Assembly: GCF_006345805.1 (NCBI RefSeq)
Contig: NW_021827244.1
Coordinates: forward strand, 1-10,889
Source of the DNA: Octopus sinensis
Taxonomy: Eukaryota
DNA length: 10,889 nt
Direction of reading: 5' to 3'
A program made the translations under genes and the position numbers. Below the pieces are notes generated by a model, which worked only from the letters and a program-made list of their open reading frames with translations, was not told where the DNA came from and searched no databases. This document shows positions 9,299 through 10,889 of this stretch, in pieces (position 1 is the first letter of the stretch; each line of letters begins with the position of its first letter).

Positions 9299-9777
9299 AG
9301 ACCTGGTAGAAACAGCAGCCAAATCTCCCTCAAATCACACCTCGTCTTATGTATGTATATATATATATGAGCCAATGAGGGGGACCTCTACATGGTAGCT
9401 AGACCTGGTAGAAATAGCAGCCAAATTTCCCCCAAATCACACCTTACTGTCTTATCTATGTATATATGTATGTATGAGCCTATGAGGGAGACCCCTACAT
9501 GGCAGCTAGACCTGGTAGAAATAGCAGCCAAATTCCCCCAAATCACACCTTACTGTCTTATCTATGTATATATGTATGTATGAGCCTATGAGGGAGACCC
9601 CTACATGGCAGCTAGACCTGGTAGAAATAGCAGCCAAATGTCCCCCAAATCACACCTTACTGTCTTATCTATGTATATATGTATGTATGAGCCTATGAGG
9701 GAGACCCCTACATGGCAGCTAGACATGGTAGAAATAGCAGCCAAATCTCCCTCAAATCACACCTTACTGTCTTATCT
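9299..9777 (+). repeat. ~107-bp tandem array, about 4.5 copies, each full unit with a short TATG microsatellite
   Basis: AGAC(C/A)TGGTAGAAA starts at 9299, 9401, 9508, 9614 and 9721 (periods 102, 107, 106, 107). Confidence 0.95.
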
Positions 9778-9828
9778 TTCTGCTACTTGGATATAGGTGT
9801 TATATTCGTCGTAAAAAAACTTTACTGT

Positions 9829-9881
9829 CACACACTCACGCACCCTCACACACACGCGCACACCCACTCACACACATGCAC
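9829..9881. repeat. Degenerate (CA)n microsatellite
   Basis: Directly visible CACACTCACGCACCC.. tract. Confidence 0.85.
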
Positions 9882-10007
9882 GTTAGCTTACAATTTTATT
9901 TATATATTTGCGTGTCTGTCTGGAAAGAGGAAGTGGGAGGCAGAGTGAAAGAACATCACTACAGTAAGTCATTACTTCATGTTATTATTCGTTGTTGCCC
10001 AGTTGTG

Positions 10008-10243
10008 TGCGTTTGCGTGTGCTGTAAACCAGACTAAGAAAAGCATTTGACACACACACCAGAATGTGAGTTTTCTGTAAATTTTGCTTAACTGGAGTTT
10101 AAATTTTAAAAACTGGACCTGGCATGACGCGATGCATTGTACTATTAAAAATGCAAGGTAAATTGTAATTGAAGAAATCCTATATTGTAGATTGTATAAC
10201 TCCCAAAGGGAGGCAGATAAAATCTGCCTTTTATAATAAGAGA
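10008..10243 (-). mobile_element. Possible 5' fragment of a second non-autonomous Helitron-like family
   Basis: The minus strand begins A|TCTCTTATTATAAAAGG, the same TC + TATAAAAG pattern as the 8515 terminus, with a subterminal 8-bp hairpin AGGCAGAT-AAA-ATCTGCCT (10211-10229). No CTAG/hairpin 3' end was found and the left boundary is a guess. Confidence 0.4.
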
Positions 10244-10245
10244 TA

Positions 10246-10295
<50 letters not shown>

Positions 10296-10603
10296 TACAT
10301 ATATAATATACTATATATATATAACATATATATATATAGGTATGTAATATATATATATTATATACATATATATACATATATACGTATATATATATACATA
10401 TATATACACATATACATACATATACGTATATATACACATATACATATATATACACATATACATATATATACACATATACATATATATACACATATACATA
10501 TATATACACATATACATATATATACACATATACATATATATACACATATACATATATATACACATACATATATATACACATATATATATATATACATATA
10601 TAT
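10244..10603. repeat. (TA)n microsatellite with an ~18-bp higher-order unit (ATATATATACACATATAC-like)
   Basis: Directly visible, and regular from about 10420 to 10580. Confidence 0.96.
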
Positions 10604-10620
10604 TTATTATATAGAAGGAG

Positions 10621-10666
10621 CTTCTACAGGACTAGAACTGTTTCATTCAAGAGAATCTTCAGGAAG
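10621..10666 (-). ncRNA. Mirror copy of the hammerhead candidate in the left arm of foldback B
   Basis: The minus strand reads CUUC-CUGAAGA-UUCUCUUGAAU-GAAA-CAG-UUCUAGUC-CUG-UA-GAAG. The core is intact, but stem I is only 4 bp and stem II is weaker. Confidence 0.45.
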
Positions 10667-10695
10667 ATGCTACATCAGGGTGGTCGAAAAAAGAT

Positions 10696-10743
10696 GCTTC
10701 CTGAAGATTTCTTTGAATGAAACAGTTCTAGTCCTGTAGAAGC
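10696..10743 (+). ncRNA. Candidate type-I hammerhead ribozyme (canonical core, GUA cleavage site)
   Basis: Stem I GCUUC 10696-10700 / GAAGC 10739-10743. Core CUGAAGA 10701-10707. Stem II UUC/GAA with a UUU loop, closed by U-U. GAAA 10719-10722. Stem III ACAG 10722-10725 / CUGU 10734-10737 with an 8-nt loop. H17 is A10738, so cleavage is predicted between 10738 and 10739. Confidence 0.6.
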
Positions 10744-10830
10744 TCCTTCTATATAATAATTAATTTTACTCTGCTATGTATTGAGTACCTTATTTACTGT
10801 GGTTAACCCCGAATCAACCCGGACCTACAT

Positions 10831-10889
10831 ATTAATATATATATATACATATTATATATATACATATATATATACATATATATATATAT
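10831..10889. repeat. (TA)n/(TACA) microsatellite running off the window
   Basis: Directly visible. Confidence 0.93.

Larger units (their letters stand above)
10604..10759. mobile_element. Foldback element B: 63-bp inverted arms, 30-bp spacer; MITE-like or Penelope-pLTR-derived
   Basis: Arms 10604-10666 and 10697-10759 are reverse complements differing only at CAAGAGAATC vs CAAAGAAATC. No clear TSD. Confidence 0.85.

Noticed and set aside
9392-9948. Duplicated 63-aa ORFs (9392-9583, 9605-9796) suggesting a small tandem gene family
   Set aside because: Each spans about two units of the 107-bp array, including TATG microsatellite; there is no coding evidence.
10211-10234. Hairpin followed by a T-run resembling a Rho-independent terminator
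   Set aside because: The context is eukaryotic repeat DNA; it is better explained as a subterminal palindrome of a mobile element.

Overview
Gene-free, repeat-saturated animal genomic DNA. The repeat motifs resemble, from memory and unverified, those of coleoid cephalopods such as Octopus. The window is a chain of mobile elements strung through (TA)n/(TATAC)n microsatellite. In order: a near full-length, frameshifted CR1-group LINE (+, ~703-4630; ORF1 with a CCCH-type finger, ORF2 with AP endonuclease and RT); a 5'-truncated second copy of the same family in inverted tail-to-tail orientation (-, 4852-5976); the 3' end of an RTE-clade LINE whose 3' UTR is a nested tandem array (6191-8090); a complete 392-bp non-autonomous Helitron (-, 8124-8515); a SINE 3' part sharing its tail with the CR1-like LINE; a ~107-bp tandem array; and a possible second Helitron 5' fragment. 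The most notable observation is two unrelated short foldback elements (8678-8937 and 10604-10759). Each folds by eye into a type-I hammerhead-ribozyme-like motif that reads outward from the palindrome centre. One has a canonical CUGAAGA/GAAA/GUA core; the other has a G3-C8 swapped core (GUGAACA). No host gene, tRNA, rRNA or CRISPR array is supported. All alignments and folds were done by eye.
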